Origin: Eledone cirrhosa
Taxonomy: Eukaryota
NCBI GenBank assembly: GCA_964016885.1
Contig: OZ024743.1
Span: 129,332,001-129,396,000 of the forward strand
Reading direction: 5' to 3'
DNA length: 64,000 bases
Shown here: positions 29,501 to 45,169 of the stretch, piece by piece
How positions within the stretch are numbered: the first letter of the stretch is position 1
Layout of the letters: every line of letters starts with the position of its first letter
Position numbers and translations under genes: made by a program
The notes under the pieces: generated by a model
Seen by the model: the letters and a program-made list of their open reading frames with translations, nothing else
What the model was told of the DNA's origin: nothing
Database searches by the model: none

Positions 29501-32500
29501 ACCAAACACCAAACCCCAAGCACCAAGCACCAAACACTAATCACCAAGCACCAAACACAAAGCACCAAGCACCAAACACCAAACACCAAGCACCAAAGAC
29601 CAAGCACCAAGCACCAAACACCAAACACCAAGCTCCAGACACCAAGCACCAAACACCAAACACGAAGCACCAAGCACCAAGCACCAAACACCAAACACCA
29701 AGCACCAAGCACCAAACACCAAGGACCAAGCACCAAGCACCAAGCACCAAGCACCAAGCACTAAACACCAAACACCAAAGACCAAGCACCAAGCACCAAG
29801 CACCAAACACCAAGCACCATGCACCTAGCACCAAACACCAAGCACCAAGCACCAAACACCAACCACCCAGCACCAAGCACCAAGCACCAAACACCAAGCA
29901 CCAAGCACCAAACACCAAACACCAAACACCAAGCACCAAGCACCAAACACCAAGCACCAAGCACCAAGTACCAAACACCAAGCACCAAGCACCAAACACC
30001 AAACACCAAGCACCAAACACCAAGCACCAAGCACCTAGCACCAAAAACCAAACACCAAGCACCAAGCACCAAACACCAAGCATCAATCACCAAGCACCAA
30101 ACACCAAGCAGCAAGCACCAAGCACCAAATACCAAGCACCAAGAACCAAACACCAAACACCAAGCACCAAGCACCAAACACCTAACACCAAGCACCAAGC
30201 ACCAAGCACCAAGCACCAAACACCAAGCACCAAGCACCAAACACCAAGCACCAAACACCAAGAACCAAGCACCAAACACCAAGCACCAAGCACCAAGTAC
30301 AAACACCAAGCACCAAGCACCAAACACCAAGCACCAAGCACCAAACACCAAACACCAAGCACCAAAAACCAAACACCAAGCTCCAGACACCAAGCACCAA
30401 ACACCAAACACGAAGCACGAAGCACCAAGCACCAAACACCAAACACCAAGCACCAAGCACCAAACACCAAGCACCAAAGACCAAACACCAAACAGCAAAC
30501 ACCAAACACCAATCAGCAAACACCAAACACGAAACAGCAAACACCATACAGCAAACACCAAACACCAAAAAGCAGACACCAAACAGCAAACACCAAACAC
30601 CAAACACGAAACACCAAACAGCAAACACCAAACACCAAGCACCAAACACCAAGCACCAAGCACCAAACACCAAACACCAAGCACCAAGCACCAAGCACCA
30701 AGTACCAAACACCAAGAACCAAGAACCAAACACCAAGCACCAAGCACCAAGTACAAACACCAAGCACCAAGCACCAAACACCAAGGACCAAGCACCAAGC
30801 ACCAAGCACCAAGCACCAAAAACCAAACACCAAACACAAAACACCAAGCACCAAGCACCAAACACCAAACTCCAAGCACCAAACACCAAACACCAAGCAC
30901 CAAGCACCAGGCACCAAACACCATGCACCAAGCACCAAACACGAATCAACCTGCACCAAACACCAAACACCAAACACCAAACAGCAAATAACATACAGCA
31001 AACACCAAACACCAAAAAGCAGACACCAAACAGCAAACACCAAACACCAAACACCAAACAGCAAACACCAAACAACAAACACCAAACAACAAACACCAAA
31101 CAGCAAACAGCAAACACCAAACACCAAGCACCAAGCACCAAACACCAAACACCAAGCACCAAGCACCAAACACCAAGCACCAAGCACCAAACACCAAACC
31201 CCAAGCACCTAGCACCAAACACTAAGCACCAAGCACCAAACACCAAGCACCAAGCACCAAACACCAAGCACCAAGCACCAAGCACCAAACACCAAACACC
31301 AAACACCAAACACCAAAGACCAAGCACCAAGCACCAAACACCAAGCACCCAGCACCAAACACCAAGCACCAAAGACCAACCACCCAGAACCCAGCACCAA
31401 GCACCAAACACCAAGCACCAAGCACCAAACACCAAACACCAAGCACCAAGCACCACACACCAAGCACCAAGCACCTAGTACCAAACACCAAACACCAAGC
31501 ACCAAACACCAAGCACCTATCACCAAGCACCAAACACCAAGCAGCCAGCAGCAAGCACCAAACACCAAACACCAAGCACCAAGCACCAAAAACCAAACAC
31601 CAAGCACCAAGCACCAAACACCTAACACCAAGCACCAAGCACCAAGTACCAAGCACCAAACACCAAGCACCAAACACCAAACACCAAGCACCAAGCACAA
31701 AACACCAAGCACCAAACACCAAACACCAAGCACCAAGCACCAAATACCTAATACCAAGCACCAAACAGCAAGCACCAAGCACCAAGCACCAGGCACCAAG
31801 CACCAAACACCAAGCACCAAACACCAAGCACCAAGCACCAAGCACCAACCACCAAACACCAAGAACCAAGCACCAAGCACCAAGCACCAAACATCAAACA
31901 CCAAGCATAAAACACCAAGCACCAAACACCAAACACCAAGCACCAAGCACCAAGCATCAAACACCAAGCATATAACACCAAACACCAAACACCAAGCACC
32001 AAGCACCAAACACCAAACACCAAGCACCAAGCACCAAGCACCAAACACCAAGCACCCAGCACCAAACACCAAGCACCAAGCACCAAACACCAAGCACCAA
32101 GCACCAAGCAACAAGCACCAAACACCAAACACCAAACACCAAGCACCAAACACCAAACACCAAACACCAAGCACCAGACACCAAGCACCAAACACCAAAC
32201 AGCAAACACCAAGCACCAAGCACCAAGCACCAAACACCAAACACCAAGCACCAAACACCAAACACCCAGCACTAAGCACCAAACACCAAGCACCAAAGAC
32301 CAAACAGCAAACAGCAAACACCAAACACCAAACAGCAAACACCAAACACGAAACAGCAAACATCATACAGCAAACACCAAACACCAAAAAGCAGACACCA
32401 AACAGCAAACACCAAACACCAAACACCAAACAGCAAACACCAAACACCAAGCACCAAACACCAAGTACCAAGCACCAAACACCAAACCCCAAGCACCAAG

Positions 32501-32581
32501 CACCAAACACTAATCACCAAGCACCAAACACAAAGCACCAAGCACCAAACAGCAAACACCAAGCACCAAAGACCAAGCACC
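26595..32581. repeat. Tandem HOR pair of 3014 bp and 2973 bp
   Basis: CTCCAGA at 26619/29633. The private variant CACGAAT-CAACCTG is at 27926/30940. ORF pairs 26747/29761, 26805/29819 and 28734/31748 are at offset 3014. The offset becomes 2973 (28984/31957, 29537/32510) after a 41-bp deletion near 31880. Confidence 0.93.
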
Positions 32582-35500
32582 AAGCACCAAGCACCAAACA
32601 CCAAGCACCAAGCACCAAGCACCAAACACCAAGCACCAAGCACCAAATACCAACCACCCAGCACCAAGCACCAAGCACCAAACACCAAGCACCAAGCACC
32701 AAACACCAAACACCAAACACCAAGCACCAAGCACCAAACACCAAGCACCAAGCACCAAGCACCAAACACCAAGCCCCAAGCACCAAGCACCAAACACCAA
32801 ACACCAAGCATCAAACACCAAACACCAAACACCAAGCACCTAGCACCAAACACCAAACACCAAGCACCAAGCACCAAGCAGCAAACACCAAGCAGCAAGC
32901 AGAAAGCACCAAACAACAAACACCAAGCACCAAGCACTAAACACCAAGCACCAAGCACCAAGGACCAAACACCAAACACCAAGCACCAAGCACCAAACAC
33001 CTAACACCAAGCACCAAGTACCAAGCACCAAACACCAAACACCAAGAACCAAGCACAAAACACCAAGCACCAAGCACCAAGTACAAACACCAAGCACCAA
33101 ACACCAAGCACCAAGCATAAAACACCAAGCATCAAACACCAAACACCAAACACCAAGCACCAAGCACCAAACACCAAGCACCAAACACCAAGCACCCAGC
33201 ACCAAACACCATGCACCAAGTACCAAGCAACAAACACCAAGCACCAAGCACCAAACACCAAACACCAAGCACCAAACACCAAACACCAAGCACCAAGCAC
33301 CAAACACCAAACACCAAGCACCAAGCACCAAACACCAAGCACCAAGCAACAAGCGACAAACAACAAGCACCAAGCACCATGCACCAAACATCCAGCATCA
33401 AGCACCAAGCACCAAACACCAAGCACCAAACACCAAACACCAAGCACCAAGCACCAAGCACCAAATCAAGCCCCAAGCACCAAGCACCAAACACCAAACA
33501 CCAAACACCAAGCACCAAGCACCAAACACCAAGCACCAAACAGCAAGCACCAAACACCAAACAGCAAACACCAAACAGCAAACACCAAACAGCAAACAGC
33601 AAACAGCAAACACCAAACACCAAGCACCAAACAACAAACACCAAACACCAAGCACCAAGCACCAAGCACCAGGCACGCAGCACCAAACACCAAGCCCCAA
33701 GCACCAAACACCAAACACCAAAGACCAACCACCCAGAACCCAGCACCAAGCACCAAACACCAAGCACCAAGCACCAAACACCAAACACCAAGCACCAAGC
33801 ACCACACACCAAGCAACAAGCACCTAGTACCAAACACCAAACACCAAGCACCAAACACCAAGCACCTATCACCAAGCACCAAACACCAAGCAGCCAGCAG
33901 CAAGCACCAAACACCAAACACCAAGCACCAAGCACCAAAAACCAAACACCAAGCACCAAGCACCAAACACCTAACACCAAGCACCAAGCACCAAGTACCA
34001 AGCACCAAACACCAAGCACCAAACACCAAACACCAAGCACCAAGCACAAAACACCAAGCACCAAACACCAAACACCAAGCACCAAGCACCAAATACCTAA
34101 TACCAAGCACCAAACAGCAAGCACCAAGCACCAAGCACCAGGCACCAAGCACCAAACACCAAGCACCAAACACCAAGCACCAAGCACCAAGCACCAACCA
34201 CCAAACACCAAGAACCAAGCACCAAGCACCAAGTATAAACACCAAGCACCAAGCACCAAACACCAAGCACCAAGCACCAAACATCAAACACCAAGCATAA
34301 AACACCAAGCACCAAACACCAAACACCAAGCACCAAGCACCAAGCATCAAACACCAAGCATATAACACCAAACACCAAACACCAAGCACCAAGCACCAAA
34401 CACCAAACACCAAGCACCAAGCACCAAGCACCAAACACCAAGCACCCAGCACCAAACACCAAGCACCAAGCACCAAACACCAAGCACCAAGCACCAAGCA
34501 ACAAGCACCAAACACCAAACACCAAACACCAAGCACCAAACACCAAACACCAAACACCAAGCACCAGACACCAAGCACCAAACACCAAACAGCAAACACC
34601 AAGCACCAAGCACCAAGCACCAAACACCAAACACCAAGCACCAAACACCAAACACCCAGCACTAAGCACCAAACACCAAGCAACAAAGACCAAACAGCAA
34701 ACAGCAAACACCAAACACCAAATAGCAAACACCAAACACGAAACAGCAAACATCATACAGCAAACACCAAACACCAAAAAGCAGACACCAAACAGCAAAC
34801 ACCAAACACCAAACACCAAACAGCAAACACCAAACACCAAGCACCAAGCACCAAGCACCAAACACTAATCACCAAGCACCAAACACAAAGCACCAAGCAC
34901 CAAACACCAAACACCAAGCACCAAAGACCAAGCACCAAGCACCAAGCACCAAACACCAAGCACCAAGCACCAAGTACCAAACACCAAGCACCAAGCACCA
35001 AATACCAACCACCCAGCACCAAGCACCAAGCACCAAACACCAAGCACCAAGCACCAAACACCAAACACCAAACACCAAGCACCAAGCACCAAACACCAAG
35101 CACCAAGCACCAAGCACCAAACACCAAGCCCCAAGCACCAAGCACCAAACACCAAACACCAAGCATCAAACACCAAACACCAAACACCAAGCACCTAGCA
35201 CCAAACACCAAACACCAAGCACCAAGCACCAAGCAGCAAACACCAAGCAGCAAGCAGAAAGCACCAAACAACAAACACCAAGCACCAAGCACTAAACACC
35301 AAGCACCAAGCACCAAGGACCAAACACCAAACACCAAGCACCAAGCACCAAACACCTAACACCAAGCACCAAGTACCAAGCACCAAACACCAAACACCAA
35401 GAACCAAGCACAAAACACCAAGCACCAAGCACCAAGTACAAACACCAAGCACCAAACACCAAGCACCAAGCATAAAACACCAAGCATCAAACACCAAACA

Positions 35501-36070
35501 CCAAACACCAAGCACCAAGCACCAAACACCAAGCACCAAACACCAAGCACCCAGCACCAAACACCATGCACCAAGTACCAAGCAACAAACACCAAGCACC
35601 AAGCACCAAACACCAAACACCAAGCACCAAACACCAAACACCAAGCACCAAGCACCAAACACCAAACACCAAGCACCAAGCACCAAACACCAAGCACCAA
35701 GCAACAAGCGACAAACAACAAGCACCAAGCACCATGCACCAAACATCCAGCACCAAGCACCAAGCACCAAACACCAAGCACCAAACACCAAACACCAAGC
35801 ACCAAGCACCAAGCACCAAATCAAGCCACAAGCACCAAGCACCAAACACCAAACACCAAACACCAAGCACCAAGCACCAAACACCAAGCACCAAACAGCA
35901 AGCACCAAACACCAAACAGCAAACACCAAACAGCAAACACCAAACACCAAACACCAAACAGCAAACACCAAACAGCAAACAGCAAACAGCAAACACCAAA
36001 CACCAAGCACCAAACAACAAACACCAAACACCAAGCACCAAGCACCAAGCACCAAGCACGCAGCACCAAA
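31374..36070. repeat. Tandem HOR pair of ~2.35 kb, overlapping the 3014-bp pair
   Basis: GACCAAC-CACCCAG-AACCCAG at 31374/33723 (also at 28360). ORF pairs at offsets 2349 (31748/34097), 2390 (31957/34347) and 2355 (32510/34865, 32840/35195, 33211/35566). Confidence 0.9.
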
Positions 36071-36499
36071 CACCAAGCCCCAAGCACCAAACACCAAACA
36101 CCAAGCACCAAGCACCAATCACCAAACAACAAGCACCAAGCACCAAGCACCAAACACCAAGCACCAAGCACCAAACACCAAACACCAAGCACCAAGCACC
36201 AAACACCAAGCACCAAGCACCAAACACCAAGCACCAAGCACCAAGTACCAAACACCAATCCCCAAGCACCAACCACCAAACACCAAACACCAAGCACCAA
36301 ACACCAAACACCAAGCATCTAGCACCAAAAACCAAACACTGAGCACCAAGCACCAAACACCAAGCATCAATCACCAACCACCAAACACCAAGCAGCAAGC
36401 ACCAAGCACCAAATACCAAGCACCAAGAACCAAACACCAAACACCAAGCACCAAGCACCAAACACCAAGCACCAAGCACCAAGCACCAAACACCAAGCA

Positions 36500-39400
36500 C
36501 CAAACACCAAACACCAAGCACCAAGCACCAAGCACCAAGTACAAACACCAAGCACCAAGCACCAAACACCAAGGACCAAGCGCCAAGCACCATGCACCAA
36601 GCACCAAAAACCAAACACCAAACACAAAACACCAAGCACCAAGCACCAAACACCAAACTCCAAGGCCCAAGCACCAAGCACCAAACACCAAACAACCAAG
36701 TACCAAGCACCAGGCACCAAACACCAAGCCCCAAGCACCAAACACCAAGCACCAAGCAGCAAACACCAAACACCAAACACCAAACACCAAACACCAAACA
36801 ACATACAGCAAACACCAAACACCAAAAAGCAGACACCAAACAGCAAACACCAAATACCAAACACCAAACAGCAAACACCAATCAACAAACACCAAACAAC
36901 AAACACCAAACAGCAAACAGCAAACACCAAACACCAAGCACCAAGCACCAAACACCAATCACCAAGCACCAAACACCAAGCACCAAGCACCAAACACCAA
37001 ACCCCAAGCACCTAGCACCAAACACTAATCACCAAGCACCAAACACCAACCACCCAGCACCAAGCACCAAGCACCAAGCACCAAACACCAAACACCAAAC
37101 ACCAAGCACCAAGCACCAAACACCAAACACCAAGCACCTAGTACCAAACACCAAACACCAAGCACCAAACACCAAGCACCAATCACCAAGCACCAAACAC
37201 CAAGCAGCCAGCAGCAAGCACCAAACACCAAACACCAAGCACCAAGCACCAAAAACCAAACATCAAGCACCAAGCACCAAACACCTAACACCAAGCACCA
37301 AGCACCAAGTACCAAGCACCAAACACCAAGCACCAAACACCAAACACCAAGCACCAAGCACCAAACACCAAGCACCAACCACCAAACACCAAGCACCAAG
37401 CACCAAACACCTAACACCAAGCACCAAACACCAAGCACCAAACACCAAGCACCAAGCACCAAGCACCAGGCACCAAGCACCAAACACCAAGCACCAAACA
37501 CCAAGCACCAAACACCAAGCACCAAGCACCAAGCCCCAAGCACCAAGCACCAAGAACCAAGAACCAAGCACCAAGTACAAACACCAAGCACCAAACACCA
37601 AATACCAAGCACCAAGCACCAAGCATCAAACACCAAGCATATAACACCAAACACCAAACACCAAGCACCAAGCACCAAACACCAAACAGCAAGCACCAAG
37701 CACCAAGCACCAAACACCAAGCACCCAGCACCAAACACCAAGCACCAAGTACCAAACACCAAGAACCAAGAACCAAACACCAAGCACCAAACACCAAACA
37801 CCAAGCACCAAGCACCAATCACCAAACAACAAGCACCAAGCACCAAGCACCAAACACCAAGCACCAAGCACCAAACACCAAACACCAAGCACCAAGCACC
37901 AAACACCAAGCACCAAGCACCAAACACCAAACACCAAGCACCAAGCACCAAACACCAAGCACCAAGCACCAAGTACCAAACACCAATTCCCAAGCACCAA
38001 CCACCAAACACCAAACACCAAGCACCAAACACCATGCACCAAGCACCAAGTACCAAGCACCAAACACTGAGCACCAAGCACCAAATACCAAGCACCAAGT
38101 ACCAAACACCAAACACCAAGCACCAAGCACCAAACACCAAGCACCAAGCACCAAACACCAAACACCAAGCACCAAACACCAAACATCAAGCACCAGACAC
38201 CAAGCACCAAAAACAAACACCAAACACGAAGCACCAAAGACCAAACAGCAAACACCAAACACGAAACAGCAAACACCATACAGCAAACACCAAACACCAA
38301 AAAGCAGACACCAAACAGCAAACACCAAACACCAAACAGCAAACACCAAGCACCAAACACCAAGCACCAAGCACCAAACACCTAACACCAAGCACCAAGC
38401 ACCAAGCACCAAGCACCAAACACCAAGCACCAAACACCAAACACCAAGCACCAAGCACCAAGCACCAAGTACCAAACACCAAGTACCAAGAACCAAACAC
38501 CAAGCACCAAGCACCAAGTACAAACACCAAGCACCAAGCACCAAACACCAAGGACCAAGCGCCAAGCACCAAGCACCAAGCACCAAAAACCAAACACCAA
38601 ACACAAAACACCAAGCACCAAGCACCAAACACCAAACTCCAAGCCCCAAGCACCAAGCACCAAACACCAAACAACCAAGTACCAAGCACCAGGCACCAAA
38701 CACCAAGCCCCAAGCACCAAACACCAAGCACCAAGCAGCAAACACGAAACACCAAACACCAAACACCAAACAGCAAACAACATACAGCAAACACCAAACA
38801 CCAAAAAGCAGACACCAAACAGCAAACACCAAATACCAAACACCAAACAGCAAACACCAATCAACAAACACCAAACAACAAACACCAAACAGCAAACAGC
38901 AAACACCAAACACCAAGCACCAAGCACCAAACACCAAGCACCAAGCACGAAACACCATGCACCAAGCACCAAACACCAAACCCCAAGCACCTAGCACCAA
39001 ACACTAATCACCAAGCACCAAACACCAACCACCCAGCACCAAGCACCAAGCACCAAGCACCAAACACCAAACACCAAACACCAAGCACCAAGCACCAAAC
39101 ACCAAACACCAAGCACCTAGTACCAAACACCAAACACCAAGCACCAAACACCAAGCACCAATCACCAAGCACCAAACACCAAGCAGCCAGCAGCAAGCAC
39201 CAAACACCAAACACCAAGCACCAAGCACCAAAAACCAAACACCAAGCACCAAGCACCAAACACCTAACACCAAGCACCAAGCACCAAGTACCAAGCACCA
39301 AACACCAAGCACCAAACACCAAACACCAAGCACCAAGCACCAAACACCAAGCACCAAACACCAAACACCAAGCACCAAGCACCAAACACCTAACACCAAG

Positions 39401-42340
39401 CACCAAACACCAAGCACCAAACACCAAGCACCAAGCACCAAGCACCAGGCACCAAGCACCAAACACCAAGCACCAAACACCAAGCACCAAACACCAAGCA
39501 CCAAGCACCAAGCACCAAGCACCAAGCACCAAGAACCAAGAACCAAGCACCAAGTACAAACACCAAGCACCAAACACCAAATACCAAGCACCAAGCACCA
39601 AGCATCAAACACCAAGCATATAACACCAAACACCAAACACCAAGCACCAAGCACCAAACACCAAACAGCAAGCACCAAGCACCAAGCACCAAACACCAAG
39701 CACCCAGCACCAAACACCAAGCACCAAGTACCAAACACCAAGAACCAAGAACCAAACACCAAGAACCAAGCACCAAGCAACAAGCACCAAACACCAAACA
39801 CCAAACACCAAACACCAAGCACCAAACACCAAACACCAAACACCAAGCACCAAACACCAAACACCAAACACCAAGCACCAGACACCAAGCACCAAACACC
39901 AAACACCAAACACCAAGCACCAAGCACCAAGCAACAAACACCAAACACCAAGCACCAAGCACCAAACACCAAACACCAAGCACCAAGCACGAAACACCAA
40001 GCACCAAAGACCAAACAGCAAACACCAAACACCAAACAGCAAACACCAAACACCAAACAGCAAACACCATACAGCAAACACCAAACACCAAAAAGCAAAC
40101 AGCAAACAGCAAACACCAAACACCAAACACCAAACAGCAAACACCAAACACCAAGCACCAAACACCAAGTACCAAGCACCAAACACCAAACCCCAAGCAC
40201 CAAGCACCAAACACTAATCACCAAGCACCAAACACCAAGCACCAAGCACCAAGCACCAAACACCAAGCACCAAAGACCAAGCACCAAGCACCAAGCACCA
40301 AACAGCAAGCACCAAGCACCAAGCACCAAACACCAAGCACCAAGCACCAAACACCAAACACCAAGCACCAAACACCAAACATCAAGCACCAGACACCAAG
40401 CACCAAAAACAAACACCAAACACGAAGCACCAAAGACCAAACAGCAAACACCAAACACGAAACAGCAAACACCATACAGCAAACACCAAACACCAAAAAG
40501 CAGACACCAAACAGCAAACACCAAACACCAAACACCAAACAGCAAACAGCAAACACCAAGCACCAAACACCAAGCACCAAGCACCAAACACCTAACACCA
40601 AGCACCAAGCACCAAGCACCAAGCACCAAACACCAAGCACCAAACACCAAACACCAAGCACCAAGCACCAAGCACCAAGTACCAAACACCAAGTACCAAG
40701 AACCAAACACCAAGCACCAAGCACCAAGTACAAACACCAAGCACCAAGCACCAAACACCAAGGACCAAGCGCCAAGCACCAAGCACCAAGCACCAAAAAC
40801 CAAACACCAAACACAAAACACCAAGCACCAAGCACCAAACACCAAACTCCAAGCCCCAAGCACCAAGCACCAAACACCAAACAACCAAGTACCAAGCACC
40901 AGGCACCAAACACCAAGTCCCAAGCACCAAACACCAAGCACCAAGCAGCAAACACGAAACACCAAACACCAAACACCAAACAGCAAACAACATACAGCAA
41001 ACACCAAACACCAAAAAGCAGACACCAAACAGCAAACACCAAATACCAAACACCAAACAGCAAACACCAATCAACAAACACCAAACAACAAACACCAAAC
41101 AGCAAACAGCAAACACCAAACACCAAGCACCAAGCACCAAACACCAAGCACCAAGCACGAAACACCATGCACCAAGCACCAAACACCAAACCCCAAGCAC
41201 CTAGCACCAAACACTAATCACCAAGCACCAAACACCAACCACCCAGCACCAAGCACCAAGCACCAAGCACCAAACACCAAACACCAAACACCAAGCACCA
41301 AGCACCAAACACCAAACACCAAGCACCTAGTACCAAACACCAAACACCAAGCACCAAACACCAAGCACCAATCACCAAGCACCAAACACCAAGCAGCCAG
41401 CAGCAAGCACCAAACACCAAACACCAAGCACCAAGCACCAAAAACCAAACATCAAGCACCAAGCACCAAACACCTAACACCAAGCACCAAGCACCAAGTA
41501 CCAAGCACCAAACACCAAGCACCAAACACCAAACACCAAGCACCAAGCACCAAACACCAAGCACCAACCACCAAACACCAAGCACCAAGCACCAAACACC
41601 TAACACCAAGCACCAAACACCAAGCACCAAACACCAAGCACCAAGCACCAAGCACCAGGCACCAAGCACCAAACACCAAGCACCAAACACCAAGCACCAA
41701 ACACCAAGCACCAAGCACCAAGCACCAAGCACCAAGCACCAAGAACCAAGAACCAAGCACCAAGTACAAACACCAAGCACCAAACACCAAATACCAAGCA
41801 CCAAGCACCAAGCATCAAACACCAAGCATATAACACCAAACACCAAACACCAAGCACCAAGCACCAAACACCAAACAGCAAGCACCAAGCACCAAGCACC
41901 AAACACCAAGCACCCAGCACCAAACACCAAGCACCAAGTACCAAACACCAAGAACCAAGAACCAAACACCAAGCACCAAGCACCAAGCAACAAGCACCAA
42001 ACACCAAACACCAAACACCAAACACCAAGCACCAAACACCAAACACCAAACACCAAGCACCAAACACCAAACACCAAACACCAAGCACCAGACACCAAGC
42101 ACCAAACACCAAACACCAAACACCAAGCACCAAGCACCAAGCAACAAACACCAAACACCAAGCACCAAGCACCAAACACCAAACACCAAGCACCAAGCAC
42201 GAAACACCAAGCACCAAAGACCAAACAGCAAACACCAAACACCAAACAGCAAACACCAAACACCAAACAGCAAACACCATACAGCAAACACCAAACACCA
42301 AAAAGCAAACAGCAAACAGCAAACACCAAGCACCAAACAC
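36500..42340. repeat. Three-copy HOR with periods of 1979 bp and 2210 bp
   Basis: 8-bp monomer CAACCAAG at 36693, ~38672 and ~40882. ORFs at 37025/39004/41214, 38382/40592 and 39605/41815. Confidence 0.9.
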
Positions 42341-45030
42341 TAATCACCAAGCACCAAACACCAAGCACCAAGCACCAAGCACCAAACACCAAGCACCAAA
42401 GACCAAGCACCAAGCACCAAGCACCAAACAGCAAGCACCAAGCACCAAGCACCAAACACCAAGCACCAAGCACCAAATACCAACCACCCAGCACCAAGCA
42501 CGAAGCACCAAACACCAAGCACCAAGCACCAAACACCAAACACCAAACACCAAGCACCAAGCACCAAACACCAAGCACCAAGCACCAAGCACTAAACACA
42601 AAGCCCCAAGCACCAAGCACAAAACACCAAACACCAAGCACCAAACACCAAGAATCAAACACCAAACACCAAACACCAAGCACCTAGCACCAAACACCAA
42701 ACCACAAGCACCAAGCACCAAGCACCAAACGCCAAGCAGCAAGCAGAAAGCACCAAACAACAAACACCAAGCACCAAGCACTAAACACCAAGCACCAAGG
42801 ACCAAACACCAAACACCAAGCACCAAGCACCAAACACCTAACACCAAGCACCAAGCACCAAGCACCAAACACCAAACACAAAGAACCAAGCACAAAACAC
42901 CAAGCACCAAGTACAAACACCAAGCACCAAACACCAAGCACCAAGCACCAAGCATCAAACACCAAGCATCAAACACCAAACACCAAACACCAAGCACCAA
43001 GCACCAAACACCAAGCACCAAACACCAAGCACCCAGCACCAAACACCATGCAGCAAGTACCAAGCAACAAACACCAAGCACCAAGCACCAAACACCAAAC
43101 ACCAAGCACCAAACACCAAACACCAAGCACCAAGCACCAAACACCAAGCACCCAGCACCAAACACCATGAACCAAGTACCAAGCAACAAACACCAAGCAC
43201 CAAGCACCAAACACCAAACACCAAGCACCAAACACCAAACACCATACACCAAGCACCAAGCACCAAACACCTAACACCAAGCACCAAACACCAAGCACCA
43301 AACACCAAGCACCAAGCACCAAGCACCAGGCACCAAGCACCAAACACCAAGCACCAAACACCAAGCACCAAACACCAAGCACCAAGCACCAAGCACCAAG
43401 CACCAAGCACCAAGAACCAAGAACCAAGCACCAAGTACAAACACCAAGCACCAAACACCAAATACCAAGCACCAAGCACCAAGCATCAAACACCAAGCAT
43501 ATAACACCAAACACCAAACACCAAGCACCAAGCACCAAACACCAAACAGCAAGCACCAAGCACCAAGCACCAAACACCAAGCACCCAGCACCAAACACCA
43601 AGCACCAAGTACCAAACACCAAGAACCAAGAACCAAACACCAAGCACCAAGCACCAAGCAACAAGCACCAAACACCAAACACCAAACACCAAACACCAAG
43701 CACCAAACACCAAACACCAAACACCAAGCACCAAACACCAAACACCAAACACCAAGCACCAGACACCAAGCACCAAACACCAAACACCAAACACCAAGCA
43801 CCAAGCACCAAGCAACAAACACCAAACACCAAGCACCAAGCACCAAACACCAAACACCAAGCACCAAGCACCAAACACCAAGCACCAAAGACCAAACAGC
43901 AAACACCAAACACCAAACAGCAAACACCAAACACCAAACAGCAAACACCATACAGCAAACACCAAACACCAAAAAGCAAACAGCAAACAGCAAACAGCAA
44001 ACACCAAACACCAAACAGCAAACACCAAACACCAAGCACCAAACACCAAGTACCAAGCACCAAACACCAAACCCCAAGCACCAAGCACCAAACACTAATC
44101 ACCAAGCACCAAACACCAAGCACCAAGCACCAAGCACCAAACACCAAGCACCAAAGACCAAGCACCAAGCACCAAGCACCAAACAGCAAGCACCAAGCAC
44201 CAAGCACCAAACACCAAGCACCAAGCACCAAATACCAACCACCCAGCACCAAGCACCAAGCACCAAACACCAAGCACCAAGCACCAAACACCAAACACCA
44301 AACACCAAGCACCAAGCACCAAACACCAAGCACCAAGCACCAAGCACTAAACACCAAGCCCCAAGCACCAAGCACAAAACACCAAACACCAAGCACCAAA
44401 CACCAAGAATCAAACACCAAACACCAAACACCAAGCACCTAGCACCAAACACCAAACCACAAGCACCAAGCACCAAGCACCAAACGCCAAGCAGCAAGCA
44501 GAAAGCACCAAACAACAAACACCAAGCACCAAGCACTAAACACCAAGCACCAAGGACCAAACACCAAACACCAAGCACCAAGCACCAAACACCTAACACC
44601 AAGCACCAAGCACCAAGCACCAAACACCAAACACAAAGAACCAAGCACAAAACACCAGGAACCAAGTACAAACACCAAGCACCAAACACCAAGCACCAAG
44701 CACCAAGCATCAAACACCAAGCATCAAACACCAAACACCAAACACCAAGCACCAAGCACCAAACACCAAGCACCAAACACCAAGCACCCAGCACCAAACA
44801 CCATGCACCAAGTACCAAGCAACAAACACCAAGCACCAAGCACCAAACACCAAACACCAAGCACCAAACACCAAACACCAAACACCAAGCACCAAGCACC
44901 AAACACCAAGCACCCAGCACCAAACACCATGAACCAAGTACCAAGCAACAAACACCAAGCACCAAGCACCAAACACCAAACACCAAGCACCAAACACCAA
45001 ACACCATACACCAAGCACCAAGCACCAAAC
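41600..45030. repeat. Tandem HOR pair of ~1.7 kb
   Basis: ORF pairs at offset 1671 (41600/43271, 41815/43486), then 1755 (42340/44095, 42684/44439, 42955/44710). The 84-bp difference equals 12 monomers. Confidence 0.88.
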
Positions 45031-45169
45031 ACCAAGCACCAAGCACCAAGTACCAAACACCAAGCCCCAAGCACCAAGCAGCAAACACCAAACACCAAGC
45101 ACCAAACACCAAGCACCAAGCACCTAGCACCAAAAACCAAACACCAAGCACCAAGCATCAAACACCAAG

